Shown here: in pieces, positions 17,865-27,385 of the stretch
Numbering within the stretch: the stretch's first letter is position 1
Layout of the letters: every line of letters begins with the position of its first letter
Origin: Candidatus Omnitrophota bacterium
GTDB taxonomy: Bacteria; Omnitrophota; Gorgyraeia; Gygaellales; Profunditerraquicolaceae
Direction: 5' to 3'
Length of the DNA stretch: 64,000 nt
Assembly: GCA_028715415.1 (NCBI GenBank)
Contig: JAQURX010000006.1
Location: forward strand, 8,505 to 72,504
Made by a program: the position numbers and the translations under genes
The notes under the pieces: model-generated
What the model was told of the DNA's origin: nothing
Database searches by the model: none
What the model saw: the letters and a program-made list of their open reading frames with translations, nothing else

Positions 17865-19484
17865 ATGAAAATTAGTGAATATTTAATTAAGTCAATTGAG
17901 GATACAGGTACGCGGCACGTATTCGGCATACAGGGAGATTATATTCTTAATTTTTATAATCAGCTTTGTGAAAGTAATCTTAGGGTTGTTAATACTTGCA
18001 CAGAGCAAGGCGCTGGTTTTGCCGCGGATGCTTACGCCCGGATAACAGGGTTTGGGGTGGTATGTGTTACGTATGGCGTCGGTGGCCTTAGTTTAGCTAA
18101 TAGTACGGCACAGGCATTTGCTGAGAGGTCTCCTGTTTTAGTAATTAGCGGTGCACCGGGAGTCTCTGAACGCCAACATAATCCTCTGCTTCATCATAAG
18201 ATCAGTTCTTTTCAGGCACAGCTTAATATTTTTAGAGAGATGACAGTAGCGCAGGCTGTTTTGGAAGATTCTAATACCGCAGGTTCTGAAATTAATCGTG
18301 TAATTAATGCCATTAAGGAAACAAAGCGGCCGGGTTATATTGAGTTGCCCCGGGATATGGTAAATGAAGAAACCTATGAGTTGGTTTTACCTTTGAAAGA
18401 ACCGTTGCCCATAGACCAGAATATTATTGACCAAGCTTGCCACAAGGCATTGGATATGATTGCTAAAGCCAAGCGGCCAATTATAATCGCTGGTGTTGAG
18501 GTTCATCGTTTTGGGTTACAGGAACTTTTGTTAAGATTTATTACGCGCTCAGGATTGCCTTTTGTAACAGGGGTCTTAGGAAAATCGGTAATTGCAGAAA
18601 ACCATCCTCAGTTTATCGGAGTCTATGCCGGAGCTATGAGCCCGGAGAATGTAAGATCTGCAGTAGAAGATTCTGATTGTGTTATTGCTATTGGGCCACT
18701 TATAACTGATTTGGCTACAGGCATGTTTTCATATCATATTAATCCAAATCAAGCTATAGTTTCATCACCGGACAGCCTCTTTGTAGGGTCTCAGTCATAT
18801 CCTGGTATTAGTATGGGGAAATTTCTTGAACTTATAACTTTGCTGCCGCAACCCAAGCTAACTTCTCAGTCATTAAATAATTATGAAATTCCTTCATTTG
18901 TCCCAGAACCTGATAAGGCAGTATCCGTAGAGCGGCTTATTGTTTGTGTTAATTCTTTTATCACTGACGATACTGTTGTGATAGCTGATGTTGGAGATAC
19001 TTTGTTTGCAGGGCTTGATTTGCGTGTTCATGGTAAAACTGAATTTTTTTCTCCTGCTTATTATGCTTCTTTAGGTTTTGCAATCCCGGCAGCTTCTGGT
19101 GTCCAGTTTGCTATGCCTAAAAAGCGCGTAGTTATTCTTGTTGGGGATGGATCTTTTCAAATGTCAGCGGCAGAATTATCTGTCGCCGCGCGTTATCAAT
19201 TAAACCCGGTTGTTATTGTTTTTAACAATGGTGGTTACAGCACATTTCGTTCGATGATAGATGGAGAATTTAATGATGTCCAGCCCTGGCGATACGCGGA
19301 GATTGTTAAAGTTATCGGAGCAGGGGAGGGGTATACTGTTTCAAAGGAAGAAGAGCTATCAGCTGCTCTTTTGGCTGCCAAGAATAATAATTCTTCTCCT
19401 ACTATTATAGATGTAAGACTTGAAAAGAATGATTGTTCTGAAAGATTAAGAAAGCTGACAGATAAACTTAAAAAGCGGGTATAG
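17865..19484 (+). CDS. Thiamine-diphosphate-dependent 2-keto-acid decarboxylase (IpdC/PDC-like)
   Basis: 539 aa in three domains. TPP-binding GDGSFQM ... NNGGY. The N-terminal pyrimidine-binding domain begins MKISEYLIKSIEDTGTRHVFGIQGD. Confidence 0.8.
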   Translation: MKISEYLIKSIEDTGTRHVFGIQGDYILNFYNQLCESNLRVVNTCTEQGAGFAADAYARITGFGVVCVTYGVGGLSLANSTAQAFAERSPVLVISGAPGVSERQHNPLLHHKISSFQAQLNIFREMTVAQAVLEDSNTAGSEINRVINAIKETKRPGYIELPRDMVNEETYELVLPLKEPLPIDQNIIDQACHKALDMIAKAKRPIIIAGVEVHRFGLQELLLRFITRSGLPFVTGVLGKSVIAENHPQFIGVYAGAMSPENVRSAVEDSDCVIAIGPLITDLATGMFSYHINPNQAIVSSPDSLFVGSQSYPGISMGKFLELITLLPQPKLTSQSLNNYEIPSFVPEPDKAVSVERLIVCVNSFITDDTVVIADVGDTLFAGLDLRVHGKTEFFSPAYYASLGFAIPAASGVQFAMPKKRVVILVGDGSFQMSAAELSVAARYQLNPVVIVFNNGGYSTFRSMIDGEFNDVQPWRYAEIVKVIGAGEGYTVSKEEELSAALLAAKNNNSSPTIIDVRLEKNDCSERLRKLTDKLKKRV

Positions 19485-19504
19485 AAAGAAAGGAGGGCGT
19501 ATCA

Positions 19505-20494
19505 ATGTTACTTAGAGTAAAATTGTTTGTGTTAATGGTCTTATGTGTTCCTTTATTGGCTTCTGCAGCAGATGCCGATATTAGTGCTGTTGAAACAAAA
19601 GAACAGTCTTCAGCCGGGCCTTTTAAAAGCTTTACTCAGACATTCAAATCAAATGGAGGGTATTTAGATTTGGGGATGCGTTTTGGGTATATCTATGGGC
19701 AGAATTCATACGATATGAATCACCATGTTAGCGAACTCGAGTTTCCTTTTAGGACATACATGGGGGGCGGAAAAATTAATATAGGTTATAAAGATTTATC
19801 AATCAATGCTGAGGCTTGGTCATCTTTGTTTGATGATCCAAGTGCCGGATGGCATACTAAAGATAAAGATTGGGATTCTGCAGGGAACTTGGAATCTGAT
19901 ACTAAATCGTATTCGGATATGAATGCAATTATCTGGGATTTAAGTATGCGTTATAATCTTCTTAAATTTTCTTTTGGTAAGAAGAGTTCCGCAGAGGAAT
20001 GTAAAAGATCCGAAAATATAAAATTAGGGTTCTTGATGGGGTATCGTTTTGAAAGGTTCGGTTATAAAGACTATGGCTTGTATCAGACAAATGGTTCTGA
20101 CAGTAGTTATGGAGATGGTGAGTTGGTTTCTGAATATAAAGTAAAATATAATTTGCCTTATTTTGGTTTGGCTATGGATGTTGGCAATGAAAAAATGGGC
20201 GTTCAAATGAATGCAAAATATGGTTTTAAGCCTCACGCCAAGGATTATGATAACCATTATTTAAGAAAGCTCAACTTTTATGCGGATTACAAAAAGAAGC
20301 CGAATGTCTTTATGGCTAATTTTGTCCTCTTTTATAAATTTCTTAAAAATTGGGAAGCAAACTTAGGTGCTGATGCTGCTCTTATCAGGATGGATGGAAG
20401 GACTTGGGAGAATAGCTCTTCTAATTGGGATTTAGACCAAAGCATAGATACCAAGCAGTTTATTTACTGGATGGGAGTGGGGTACAAGTTTTAA
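19505..20494 (+). CDS. Omptin-family outer-membrane aspartyl protease (peptidase A26-like)
   Basis: Signal peptide. KDKDWDS aligns with the OmpT D83/D85 pair (VDQDWMDS). LGFLMGYRFERFGY aligns with LGLMAGYQESRYSF, YKVKYNLPYFGL with YKQRFKMPYIGL, and YDNHY with the D210/H212 pair. C-terminal ..GYKF. The alignment is from memory. Confidence 0.65.
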   Translation: MLLRVKLFVLMVLCVPLLASAADADISAVETKEQSSAGPFKSFTQTFKSNGGYLDLGMRFGYIYGQNSYDMNHHVSELEFPFRTYMGGGKINIGYKDLSINAEAWSSLFDDPSAGWHTKDKDWDSAGNLESDTKSYSDMNAIIWDLSMRYNLLKFSFGKKSSAEECKRSENIKLGFLMGYRFERFGYKDYGLYQTNGSDSSYGDGELVSEYKVKYNLPYFGLAMDVGNEKMGVQMNAKYGFKPHAKDYDNHYLRKLNFYADYKKKPNVFMANFVLFYKFLKNWEANLGADAALIRMDGRTWENSSSNWDLDQSIDTKQFIYWMGVGYKF

Positions 20495-20522
20495 CAGGAA
20501 GTAAAGAAGAATAGTTGTAATA

Positions 20523-20561
20523 AAAGCATTGGGAGAGTATAATACTTTCTCAATGCTTTTA
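20523..20561 (+). terminator. Probable terminator
   Basis: AAAGCATTGGGAGAG ... CTTTCTCAATGCTTT hairpin followed by TTTT. Confidence 0.4.
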
Positions 20562-20576
20562 TAGAAAAGAGAAGAG

Positions 20577-20930
20577 ATGAAAAAAATTGATTGTGTTAAA
20601 TGCAAAAAACAACATGCCTGTTGTGATTTTGGAGCTTGGGTTGATTTGGAAGAAGCAAAGAAAATTGCAACTCTTGGGTTAAAAGGGATTTTTTATCATC
20701 TTGAAAATGACGATAGTTTCCCTTCCGGATTTAAAGTAGGAACGAGCTATGAGGATAACAGGTGTTCTTTCCTCACCAAGGACGGTTTATGTTCTATCCA
20801 TAAAGTTGATTATAAATTAAAGCCAAGGTATTGTAAGGAATTCCCTTATGAACACGGAAAGTTATCCCCGTTAGCAGAGGCATTGTGCCATCTAGCCAAA
20901 CCAAAAAGAAAGACTAAGAAAAGAAAATAG
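20577..20930 (+). CDS. YkgJ-family Cys-cluster protein (UPF0153, putative Fe-S/Zn-binding)
   Basis: CVKCKKQHACC (CxxCx5CC) N-terminal cluster, with further Cys residues at the positions typical of the family. Confidence 0.65.
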   Translation: MKKIDCVKCKKQHACCDFGAWVDLEEAKKIATLGLKGIFYHLENDDSFPSGFKVGTSYEDNRCSFLTKDGLCSIHKVDYKLKPRYCKEFPYEHGKLSPLAEALCHLAKPKRKTKKRK

Positions 20931-20934
20931 TAAT

Positions 20935-21645
20935 ATGAAACAAGCAATTCAGTCGGTTTTAATATGGGCTGTTGGGATTTTTTTGATTGTGCTATTATTT
21001 TTTGTTATGTTGCTTCTTTCCATAATCCTTTATCCATTCGATAGGAAGCGTAAGATTGTGCACGCGCAGTGTTTCTGGTGGACAGATGCCGTAACAGCCT
21101 TAAATCCTTATTGGGATGTAAAAGTAAGCGGCCTTGAGAACATAGACCATAGTAAGACGTATGTTGCCGTGTCTAATCATCAGAGTTTGGCTGATATTGT
21201 ATTAATGTATAAAACAAAGATGCAGTTTAAGTGGGTGGCAAAAGAAAGCCTTTTTAAGATCCCTATCTTAGGGTGGAATATGATGCTTGCCAAGCATATA
21301 CAGCTTAAGCGCGGGGATTTCTCAAGCATAAGAAAAGTTTATAGACAGGCTGGCGATTGGTTGCATCAAGGCGTATCAGTCCTGTTTTTTCCTGAAGGAA
21401 CCAGAAGTGATAACCACGAAATGGGAGAGTTCCAGAATGGGGCGTTTAAACTTGCTATCAAAGAGCAGGTACCAATCTTGCCAATCTTAATTGAAGGGAC
21501 CAAGAATGCTATCCCGAAAGGTGATTGGAAATTCACAACAAAGATTTCCTGTGTTATAAAAGTCCTTCCACCGATAGAAACCTCGGGTTTGCTTATGCGT
21601 GATTTTGGGCGTTTGCGCGATTTAACAAAAGCACAGCTGTCTTAA
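20935..21645 (+). CDS. plsC: 1-acyl-sn-glycerol-3-phosphate acyltransferase
   Basis: N-terminal TM. NHQSLADI (the H-x4-D motif) and FPEGTRS. Confidence 0.85.
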   Translation: MKQAIQSVLIWAVGIFLIVLLFFVMLLLSIILYPFDRKRKIVHAQCFWWTDAVTALNPYWDVKVSGLENIDHSKTYVAVSNHQSLADIVLMYKTKMQFKWVAKESLFKIPILGWNMMLAKHIQLKRGDFSSIRKVYRQAGDWLHQGVSVLFFPEGTRSDNHEMGEFQNGAFKLAIKEQVPILPILIEGTKNAIPKGDWKFTTKISCVIKVLPPIETSGLLMRDFGRLRDLTKAQLS

Positions 21646-21731
21646 TTTCAATATTTGTTGTATAATTTTTATTTAGGCTTATAATTATTTTGCTAGCTGT
21701 TGCGTCCCTATGGGATTAAAATGGAGGAGAC

Positions 21732-22142
21732 ATGGGGGGAAAAATACTAATTGTTGATGACGAGTTAGATTTTATTAAATTGCTGACTATCAGGCTTGAG
21801 CATGCAGGTTATGGGGTTGAATTTGCAGTTAACGGAAAAGAGGCAGTTGGGGCATATGTCAAATCTTTGAATGACGAAGAACCGATTTCTCTTATTCTTT
21901 TGGATATTGTGCTTCCGGATATAAACGGGATAGAAGTTTTAACGATAATTAGGAAAGAAGAGCAATCTAGGGGGATAAAAAATGAGGAAGGTGTGCCTAT
22001 TTTTATGCTTACCGGTTATGACAGGCCGTGGATGGACCCTTCTGAACTTATAGGAACAGATGACTATATAGTAAAACCTATCAACGCCGAAGAATTGCTT
22101 AAAAAGATAGAAAATCGTTTGAATGAAAAGGAACTAAAATAA
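21732..22142 (+). CDS. Single-domain response regulator (CheY-like receiver)
   Basis: KILIVDDE ... LLDIVLPD ... K motif set. 136 aa with no output domain. Confidence 0.8.
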   Translation: MGGKILIVDDELDFIKLLTIRLEHAGYGVEFAVNGKEAVGAYVKSLNDEEPISLILLDIVLPDINGIEVLTIIRKEEQSRGIKNEEGVPIFMLTGYDRPWMDPSELIGTDDYIVKPINAEELLKKIENRLNEKELK

Positions 22143-22167
22143 TCCAAAATCATCTGTGCTTTTTGAT

Positions 22168-22200
22168 ATCCCAAGCTTTAAAAATGCTTGGGATTTTTTA
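22168..22200 (+). terminator. Rho-independent terminator
   Basis: ATCCCAAGC-tttaaaaat-GCTTGGGAT followed by TTTTTT. Confidence 0.7.
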
Positions 22201-22241
22201 TGGCTGGGGTATAATAATGCCTGAAGATATTTTTAATTCTT

Positions 22242-22478
22242 ATGGATAATAAAATTGAACGTGATTTAGGAGAGCAGCCGATTGCAGGAATCATGGCTGA
22301 ATATGGACTTAAGCCAAATGATTTAGTAAATAATTCATCAGAACAGATTACGCATAAGATGGTCTCCCGAGCAGTTAAGGGCAGGCGCCTGACTCCTAAA
22401 ATTCAGCAAAAGATTCTTAATGCTTTGAATAAGGCCTTAGATAAGCAGTTTGTACTTAAGGATCTCTTCAATTATTGA
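22242..22478 (+). CDS. Hypothetical protein (78 aa), possibly DNA-binding
   Basis: ORF only, no confident domain. The basic segment ITHKMVSRAVKGRRLTPKIQQKILNAL looks like an HTH. Confidence 0.35.
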   Translation: MDNKIERDLGEQPIAGIMAEYGLKPNDLVNNSSEQITHKMVSRAVKGRRLTPKIQQKILNALNKALDKQFVLKDLFNY

Positions 22479-22493
22479 TGTGGAGATATAGGC

Positions 22494-22841
22494 ATGAAAA
22501 CTGGTGATTCTCGTTTAGTCTATTCAACTCAAGTTGGCGCAGTATGTCCTGACTGCGGCAAGCCGAAGAATAGTTGTATTTGCCGGCAATTAAAAAGAAA
22601 AGCTGTGCCGCAAGCAAGTGGTAATGTGCGCATACGCTATGAGACTGCAGGCCGTAAAGGAAAGGGGATGACTTTGATTACAGGTTTACCTTTAAGCCAA
22701 GAGGCTCTTTTAGATTTGGCTAAAAAATTAAAGCAGCAGCTTGGTACGGGTGGAGCAGTAAAAGATTATGTGATTGAATTGCAGGGTGACCATTGTAAGA
22801 AAGTTAGCCTATCTTTGCGTAAGCTGGGGTATTCGATTTAG
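22494..22841 (+). CDS. yciH: SUI1/YciH-family translation initiation factor
   Basis: N-terminal CPDCGKP ... CIC zinc knuckle. GKGMTLITGL ... ELQGDHCKKV core of SUI1. Confidence 0.85.
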   Translation: MKTGDSRLVYSTQVGAVCPDCGKPKNSCICRQLKRKAVPQASGNVRIRYETAGRKGKGMTLITGLPLSQEALLDLAKKLKQQLGTGGAVKDYVIELQGDHCKKVSLSLRKLGYSI

Positions 22842-22853
22842 AGGAGGAGAGGT

Positions 22854-24092
22854 ATGATGAAGGATATTAAAATGAAACAGTTCTCCGCAGGCAGTTGTTA
22901 TTCTTATATTCTGCATTCTAAAGGCGAAGCTTTAATAATTGACCCGCATATTAGCCTGCTTGATGAATACAAAGCATATTTAGAGAAGAATACTTTAAAT
23001 TTAAAATATATTATTGATACCCATACTCATGCAGACCATTTTTCTTTAGCAGCAGTTCTTAAAAAAGAATTAAATGCTCCAGTTTTAATGTACGAAAAAG
23101 CAATTTCAGGCGTAGTTGACAAGCGGCTTAAGGATAATGAAGAAATTAAACTTGGGGAATCTATTGTAAAAATATTATATAGCCCCGGGCATACGGACGA
23201 TGCAATTAGTATCCTTGCAGATGGAATGCTTTTTACCGCAGATGTGCTTTTGATAGGAAGCGTTGGCCGCACCGATTTCCAGAATGGCTCACCCGAGTCA
23301 ATGTTTGATACTCTGCAGCGTATTAAATCTTTGCCAGAAAATACAATTATTTATCCGGGGCATGATTACCATGGAAAATATTCTTCTACTCTCAAGTCTG
23401 AGCTTAAATCAAACCCTTTTTTAATGGAAATTGACAAGGGTATATTTGTTGCCAATATGCGTTCTAAGCAGATTCCTAAACCGTTTAATATTGATAATAT
23501 TATTCGTGTTAACCAGAAGGGAGAAGCTGCGGTTTTAGAGATGATTTCAGTAAAAGAGGCTCAGGAAGATTTAGTGAGAAACCCGAAGGTTAAATTGTTA
23601 GATGTCCGATCAGTGCTGGAGTTTTCTCAGGAACATATAAAAGGAGCATTAAATGTTCCTATTGATATGCTTAAGTTGAGGCTGGCTGAATTTAGCCAGC
23701 CGGATTTATCTTATATTGTGCTTTGCCGGACGGGGAATCGTTCTCCGATGGCTGCTGATATGCTTATTCAGTCGGGAATCAAGGGCGTCAAAATCATGAA
23801 AGGTGGGATGACTGAATGGAAAAAAGAACATCTGCCGGTTGAAAAAGGAGAGGGCGGGATCTCTCTTGAGCGGCAAGTGCGTTTGATTGCAGGGGCAATT
23901 ATTTTGTCAGGCATTTTATTGTCTTTATTCTTGCATCCGGGATTTATTGCAATATCAATATTTGTGTGCTGCGGCCTAATCTATTCCGGGATTACCGACA
24001 ATTGTTACATGGGTATGCTTTTGATGAAGCTTCCTTACAATAAGAAACTTTATAAAACTAAGCTTGGCGGCGGCACTTGTGCAATGGGCTAA
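22854..24092 (+). CDS. Metallo-beta-lactamase-fold persulfide dioxygenase-like domain fused to a rhodanese domain and a C-terminal DUF2892/YgaP-like membrane segment
   Basis: HTHADH and GHTDD metal ligands. Rhodanese active-site loop CRTGNRS. Two C-terminal TM helices with ..YSGITDNCYMGMLL.. Confidence 0.8.
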   Translation: MMKDIKMKQFSAGSCYSYILHSKGEALIIDPHISLLDEYKAYLEKNTLNLKYIIDTHTHADHFSLAAVLKKELNAPVLMYEKAISGVVDKRLKDNEEIKLGESIVKILYSPGHTDDAISILADGMLFTADVLLIGSVGRTDFQNGSPESMFDTLQRIKSLPENTIIYPGHDYHGKYSSTLKSELKSNPFLMEIDKGIFVANMRSKQIPKPFNIDNIIRVNQKGEAAVLEMISVKEAQEDLVRNPKVKLLDVRSVLEFSQEHIKGALNVPIDMLKLRLAEFSQPDLSYIVLCRTGNRSPMAADMLIQSGIKGVKIMKGGMTEWKKEHLPVEKGEGGISLERQVRLIAGAIILSGILLSLFLHPGFIAISIFVCCGLIYSGITDNCYMGMLLMKLPYNKKLYKTKLGGGTCAMG

Positions 24093-25195
24093 AACATATG
24101 AATAATAAATTTGATAAAATTGAGAGGTTATTAGGAAGAATTTTTATTTCCATTATTGCCGTTGTTATTGTCTTTACTTTTTGTGAAATACTAGCAAGGG
24201 TTAGGTTTAGTTCTTATCCGATAATGGAAAGATTCTCTTCTGCCTACTTAACTCTTAAGCCATACGTAATGGTTGGTTGTACTAAGAACATACAAATAGA
24301 AGATAATGAGTATTTGAACAGCTTAGGCTATAGAGGTAAGCTTCCGGAAAAAGAAAAAAAGCCCGGGGAATATAGAATATTTATGCTTGGGGGGTCAACG
24401 GTATTTGAAGGTAAACCGCCCATTCCAGCTCTTTTAGAAAACGAGTTTAAAAAGTCCGGTTTTAAGGGCGTTAATGTTTATAACTTTGGAATAATTGCCG
24501 GGGCATCTTCTCAGGAATTAGCTTCAATTCTTTTTGAGATATCTGATTTTAAGCCGGATTTAATAATCATGTATGACGGAAATAACGACATGAATATATC
24601 TAAGGGTTTTGATCCCCGTCCAGGGTATCCTTTTAATTTCTTGGTTTATGAGAATAATCCGTTGATAAAAGATAATTTAAAAGGTTATCCTGCTTTTACT
24701 TATTTTATCTTTGGCAGCACATTATTGAGGCATTCATTTCCTTCTTATTTTGTGCACACTCTTGTCCCTCTGGATAAATTAAGAAAGCAGGTTAATTATC
24801 TTTCTTCTGAATGGAAGGATGCTATTGTGACTACATATGTTAATAATTTGATAAAAGCAGAAAAGGTCTCCGGTGCTTTTGGGGCAGATTTTATTGCTTT
24901 TTTTCAACCCACGCTTGCCTTTAAAAATATTCTTTCTCCTAATGAAAAGAAGAATTCTGAAGTGGAAGATCGACTTTTTGAATTTGATATGCGCAAAAGA
25001 TTATTTTTAGAACTAAAAAATAATAATTTTGGTAAATTAATAGACTTAAGTGATATCTATAAAGATTATCCTGATTGGGTTTTTACTGATACGGTTCATA
25101 CCCGTCAGGAAGCAAAGCAGTTAGTCACAAAAGAGATTTATAAACACGTTTTACCGTTAATTGAAAAAACAGTCAAACCAGATTCTGGCGGATGA
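24077..25195 (+). CDS. Membrane-anchored SGNH/GDSL-family hydrolase
   Basis: N-terminal TM. Block I MLGGSTV, block III YDGNNDM (GxND) and block V DTVHT (DxxH). Confidence 0.6.
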   Translation: MCNGLKHMNNKFDKIERLLGRIFISIIAVVIVFTFCEILARVRFSSYPIMERFSSAYLTLKPYVMVGCTKNIQIEDNEYLNSLGYRGKLPEKEKKPGEYRIFMLGGSTVFEGKPPIPALLENEFKKSGFKGVNVYNFGIIAGASSQELASILFEISDFKPDLIIMYDGNNDMNISKGFDPRPGYPFNFLVYENNPLIKDNLKGYPAFTYFIFGSTLLRHSFPSYFVHTLVPLDKLRKQVNYLSSEWKDAIVTTYVNNLIKAEKVSGAFGADFIAFFQPTLAFKNILSPNEKKNSEVEDRLFEFDMRKRLFLELKNNNFGKLIDLSDIYKDYPDWVFTDTVHTRQEAKQLVTKEIYKHVLPLIEKTVKPDSGG

Positions 25196-26445
25196 AATTT
25201 AAAAAATCTATTATTTTTTTAGGATTTATTCTTTTACCTGTATCCGTAAATGCACAGGATATGCATATGGCTCATGGAATGAAGCCGATGTTAAGTTTTT
25301 ATGGAAGCTATCCTGAAACTCGCGAGGCAAGCGGGACAAGCTGGCAGCCGGAGACTTCTCCAATGGAAGGCAAGCATTTTGTCTCTCATGATTGGAATAT
25401 TATGTTACACGGTTATGTGTTTGGGATTTACGATAATCAGGGAGGCAAGAGGGGGAAAGATAAGGGTTTTAGCTCTAGCATGTTTATGTTGATGGCTGAT
25501 AGAAAATTAGGGCCCGGAACATTTGGATATCGCAGTATGTATTCGCTTGATCCTTTGATGGGAAAGAAGGGGTACCCTTTGTTATTCCAGACTGGAGAAA
25601 CTTATGATGGAATTCATCCTTTGATAGATCGCCAGCATCCGCACGATTTTTTTATGGAGGAGGCTTTGACATATAGTTTGCCGCTTTCCGGGGAAAATTC
25701 TTTGTTTGGATATTTTGGCTTACCTGGTGAGCCGGCATTAGGCCCACCTGCTTTTATGCATCGTTTTTCAGCGATGGATAATCCTGAAGCGCCGCTCGGG
25801 CATCATTGGCTGGATTCAACGCATATTACTTACGGAGTTATTACTTTTGGATGTATTTTAGATAAGTTTAAGATGGAAGGTTCTGCTTTTCGAGGAAGAG
25901 AGCCTAATGAAAATCGCTGGGATATTGAATCACCTAAATTTGATTCATATTCTGGTAGAGTTACATTTAACCCCGACAAGAATCTGTCTTTTCAGGCAAG
26001 CTATGGTTATCTGGACAGTCCGGAGCAGCTTGAGCCAAATATAAATGTCGGAAGAGTTACGGTTTCTGCGATGTATAACCGTAATTTTCAAGATGGAAAC
26101 TGGCAGACTACATTTGCCTGGGGGCGTAATGATAAGAAGCCAGGCCTTGCTACGAACGCATTTTTACTTGAGTCCGCAATCAAATTTCTGGAATCACATA
26201 CAATCTTTAGTCGATTTGAATATGTTGAAAAAGATGAGCTTTTTGAAGATGGTGAGCCGTTGGCAGGGAAAAGTTATGATGTTAAAAAGTTTTCCATAGG
26301 TTATATATATGATTTCTTAAGTTTAAAAGGTATTGATGCGGGTATAGGGAGTTCATTCAGTACGCATTTTATAGCAAGTAGTTTAGAAGATGTTTATTCG
26401 CATACTCCTAAATCTTTTTTAGTGTTTATTCGGGTTAAAATATAA
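25192..26445 (+). CDS. Exported His-rich hypothetical protein, possible beta-barrel
   Basis: Signal peptide. HMAHGM, HPLIDRQHPHDF and LGHHWLDSTH. Alternating hydrophobic beta-strand patterns in the C-terminal half. Confidence 0.5.
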   Translation: MKFKKSIIFLGFILLPVSVNAQDMHMAHGMKPMLSFYGSYPETREASGTSWQPETSPMEGKHFVSHDWNIMLHGYVFGIYDNQGGKRGKDKGFSSSMFMLMADRKLGPGTFGYRSMYSLDPLMGKKGYPLLFQTGETYDGIHPLIDRQHPHDFFMEEALTYSLPLSGENSLFGYFGLPGEPALGPPAFMHRFSAMDNPEAPLGHHWLDSTHITYGVITFGCILDKFKMEGSAFRGREPNENRWDIESPKFDSYSGRVTFNPDKNLSFQASYGYLDSPEQLEPNINVGRVTVSAMYNRNFQDGNWQTTFAWGRNDKKPGLATNAFLLESAIKFLESHTIFSRFEYVEKDELFEDGEPLAGKSYDVKKFSIGYIYDFLSLKGIDAGIGSSFSTHFIASSLEDVYSHTPKSFLVFIRVKI

Positions 26446-26447
26446 TT

Positions 26448-27374
26448 ATGAGAAAAATCTTGCTTATATTTGTTTTTTTAATGTTGTTATCCGGATGTGA
26501 TGATTTAAAACTTTCCAGCGATTGGCGTGAATGCCCGGTAACTATTGACGCTAAATATTCGGACTGGGGAAGCTCGCAGTCATATTATAATGAAAAAGAA
26601 AGAGTGGTTATTAATCTTCTTAACGATAGTGATTATCTGTATATCTGTTTGATTACCAAAAACCGTAAGATAGAAAGCAAACTGATGGAATCGGGCTTTG
26701 TGGCGTGGTTTGATCCTCAGGGAGGGAAAAATAAAATATTTGGGATACGTTTCCCAATTGGTTTAAGAAGTATGGGGATTGCTCTATCGGAAGATAAAAG
26801 GGATGAGAGCAGGGATTGGCGCAATCAGGAAGATATGAGTGGTTTAATTGATAGAGACAAAGAAAGATTGACAGATATAAAATTCAACAAACGCCTTGAG
26901 GCTCTTGAAGGTTTGCAGGAAAGATTGGAAATTCTAAAAGGCCCTCTTATGGATGGTAAGGGTAAAGGTAAGCATGACAGGCCGCCGCATCCGGTAGAAG
27001 CTGGCAAAGAACGCGATACTAAAAAGAAAGAAGGATTCTTAAAGGATGATCCTAAAGAATTATCTTTGGAGGAAGCTTGTAAATTGGGCATTGAAGCAAA
27101 GGTCGGGAGAGAAAATGATTATTTTGTTTATGAGCTGAAAGTCCCGCTTGTTAAATCAGCTAATCGGCCGTATGCTATAGAGATAAAACCGGATAAGCCT
27201 ATAGGCTTAGGATTGGAAATAACAATGGCTGGTATGGGTGGAATGAAAGAAGAGTTTCGGGGGCCAGTGCCCGGTGGCGATATGGAACCTTCCGGAAGGT
27301 ATCATGGAGACAGATTTCAATTATGGGCAACAGTAGTGCTTAGTTCAAATCAGGTTAATCAGAAAGAAGAATAA
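26448..27374 (+). CDS. Hypothetical lipoprotein with highly charged central region
   Basis: Lipobox LLSGC. K/E/D-rich middle segment (GKGKGKHDRPPHP..). Confidence 0.55.
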   Translation: MRKILLIFVFLMLLSGCDDLKLSSDWRECPVTIDAKYSDWGSSQSYYNEKERVVINLLNDSDYLYICLITKNRKIESKLMESGFVAWFDPQGGKNKIFGIRFPIGLRSMGIALSEDKRDESRDWRNQEDMSGLIDRDKERLTDIKFNKRLEALEGLQERLEILKGPLMDGKGKGKHDRPPHPVEAGKERDTKKKEGFLKDDPKELSLEEACKLGIEAKVGRENDYFVYELKVPLVKSANRPYAIEIKPDKPIGLGLEITMAGMGGMKEEFRGPVPGGDMEPSGRYHGDRFQLWATVVLSSNQVNQKEE

Positions 27375-27385
27375 GTTTATAGAAA

